From positions 60,326,001 to 60,390,000 of the forward strand of contig OX597828.1 of assembly GCA_951406725.2 (NCBI GenBank): a stretch of DNA of 64,000 nucleotides, given 5' to 3'. This DNA comes from Octopus vulgaris. Taxonomy: Eukaryota. Shown in pieces: positions 63,682 through 64,000 of the stretch. The first letter of the stretch is position 1; each line of letters starts with the position of its first letter. The notes under the pieces were generated by a model. The model searched no databases, had not been told where the DNA came from, and saw only the letters and a list, made by a program, of their open reading frames with translations. The translations under genes and the position numbers were made by a program.

Positions 63682-64000
63682 GATGCAGTATATTGAATCC
63701 TTTCTATGATGGTCTTTTGCTTTATTTTTTCTGTTTTTTATTTCTCTAAAATGAGGTAATGTCTACCACATTTTTAAGCCCTCCAAATGCCATACTTTGC
63801 TGTGGGCTTCACTCGAGCCTTGTATCAGCAACTGTTGAGGAATTAAATATTTTCTTATCCTGAAGGGAAAAAACCTTGCATTTGAGGTGTCCACAAGGGC
63901 TCGAGTTGAGTGCCACTTATGTTGAGGTGAAGGGTTGTGATGCAGTGATATCGTTTTGATATGAGTAGTGCTTCATCTTTTTTATTGTTAAAAGAAAGAT

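Overview
AT-rich, repeat-dense animal genomic DNA; the repeat families suggest an octopus/coleoid cephalopod (inference). The window is almost entirely the 3' part of one + strand gene, nucleoporin NUP205. I hand-spliced 16 phase-consistent coding exons (775..63644, ~838 codons) ending in TGA and followed by an AATAAA signal. One intron (56004..60891) has a U12-type GTATCCTTT donor. The introns hold RTE LINEs (one young copy with an open 468-aa RT ORF carrying a PHD-like finger) and their (GAT)n-tailed non-autonomous derivatives, Tx1, R4/Dong, CR1-like and Penelope relics, Gypsy relics and a solo LTR, several Tc1/mariner and piggyBac copies/MITEs, and Helitrons, often nested. I found no convincing new multi-gene system. 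The best oddities are: an exact 41-bp copy of a NUP205 exon/intron junction inside a mariner relic 6 kb downstream in the same intron (AG|GT, recursive-site-like); hammerhead-ribozyme-like cores inside perfect inverted repeats; a foldback piggyBac built from two left ends; and a tandem array of RTE 3' UTR units. All calls are by eye and from recalled family motifs, with no database search.
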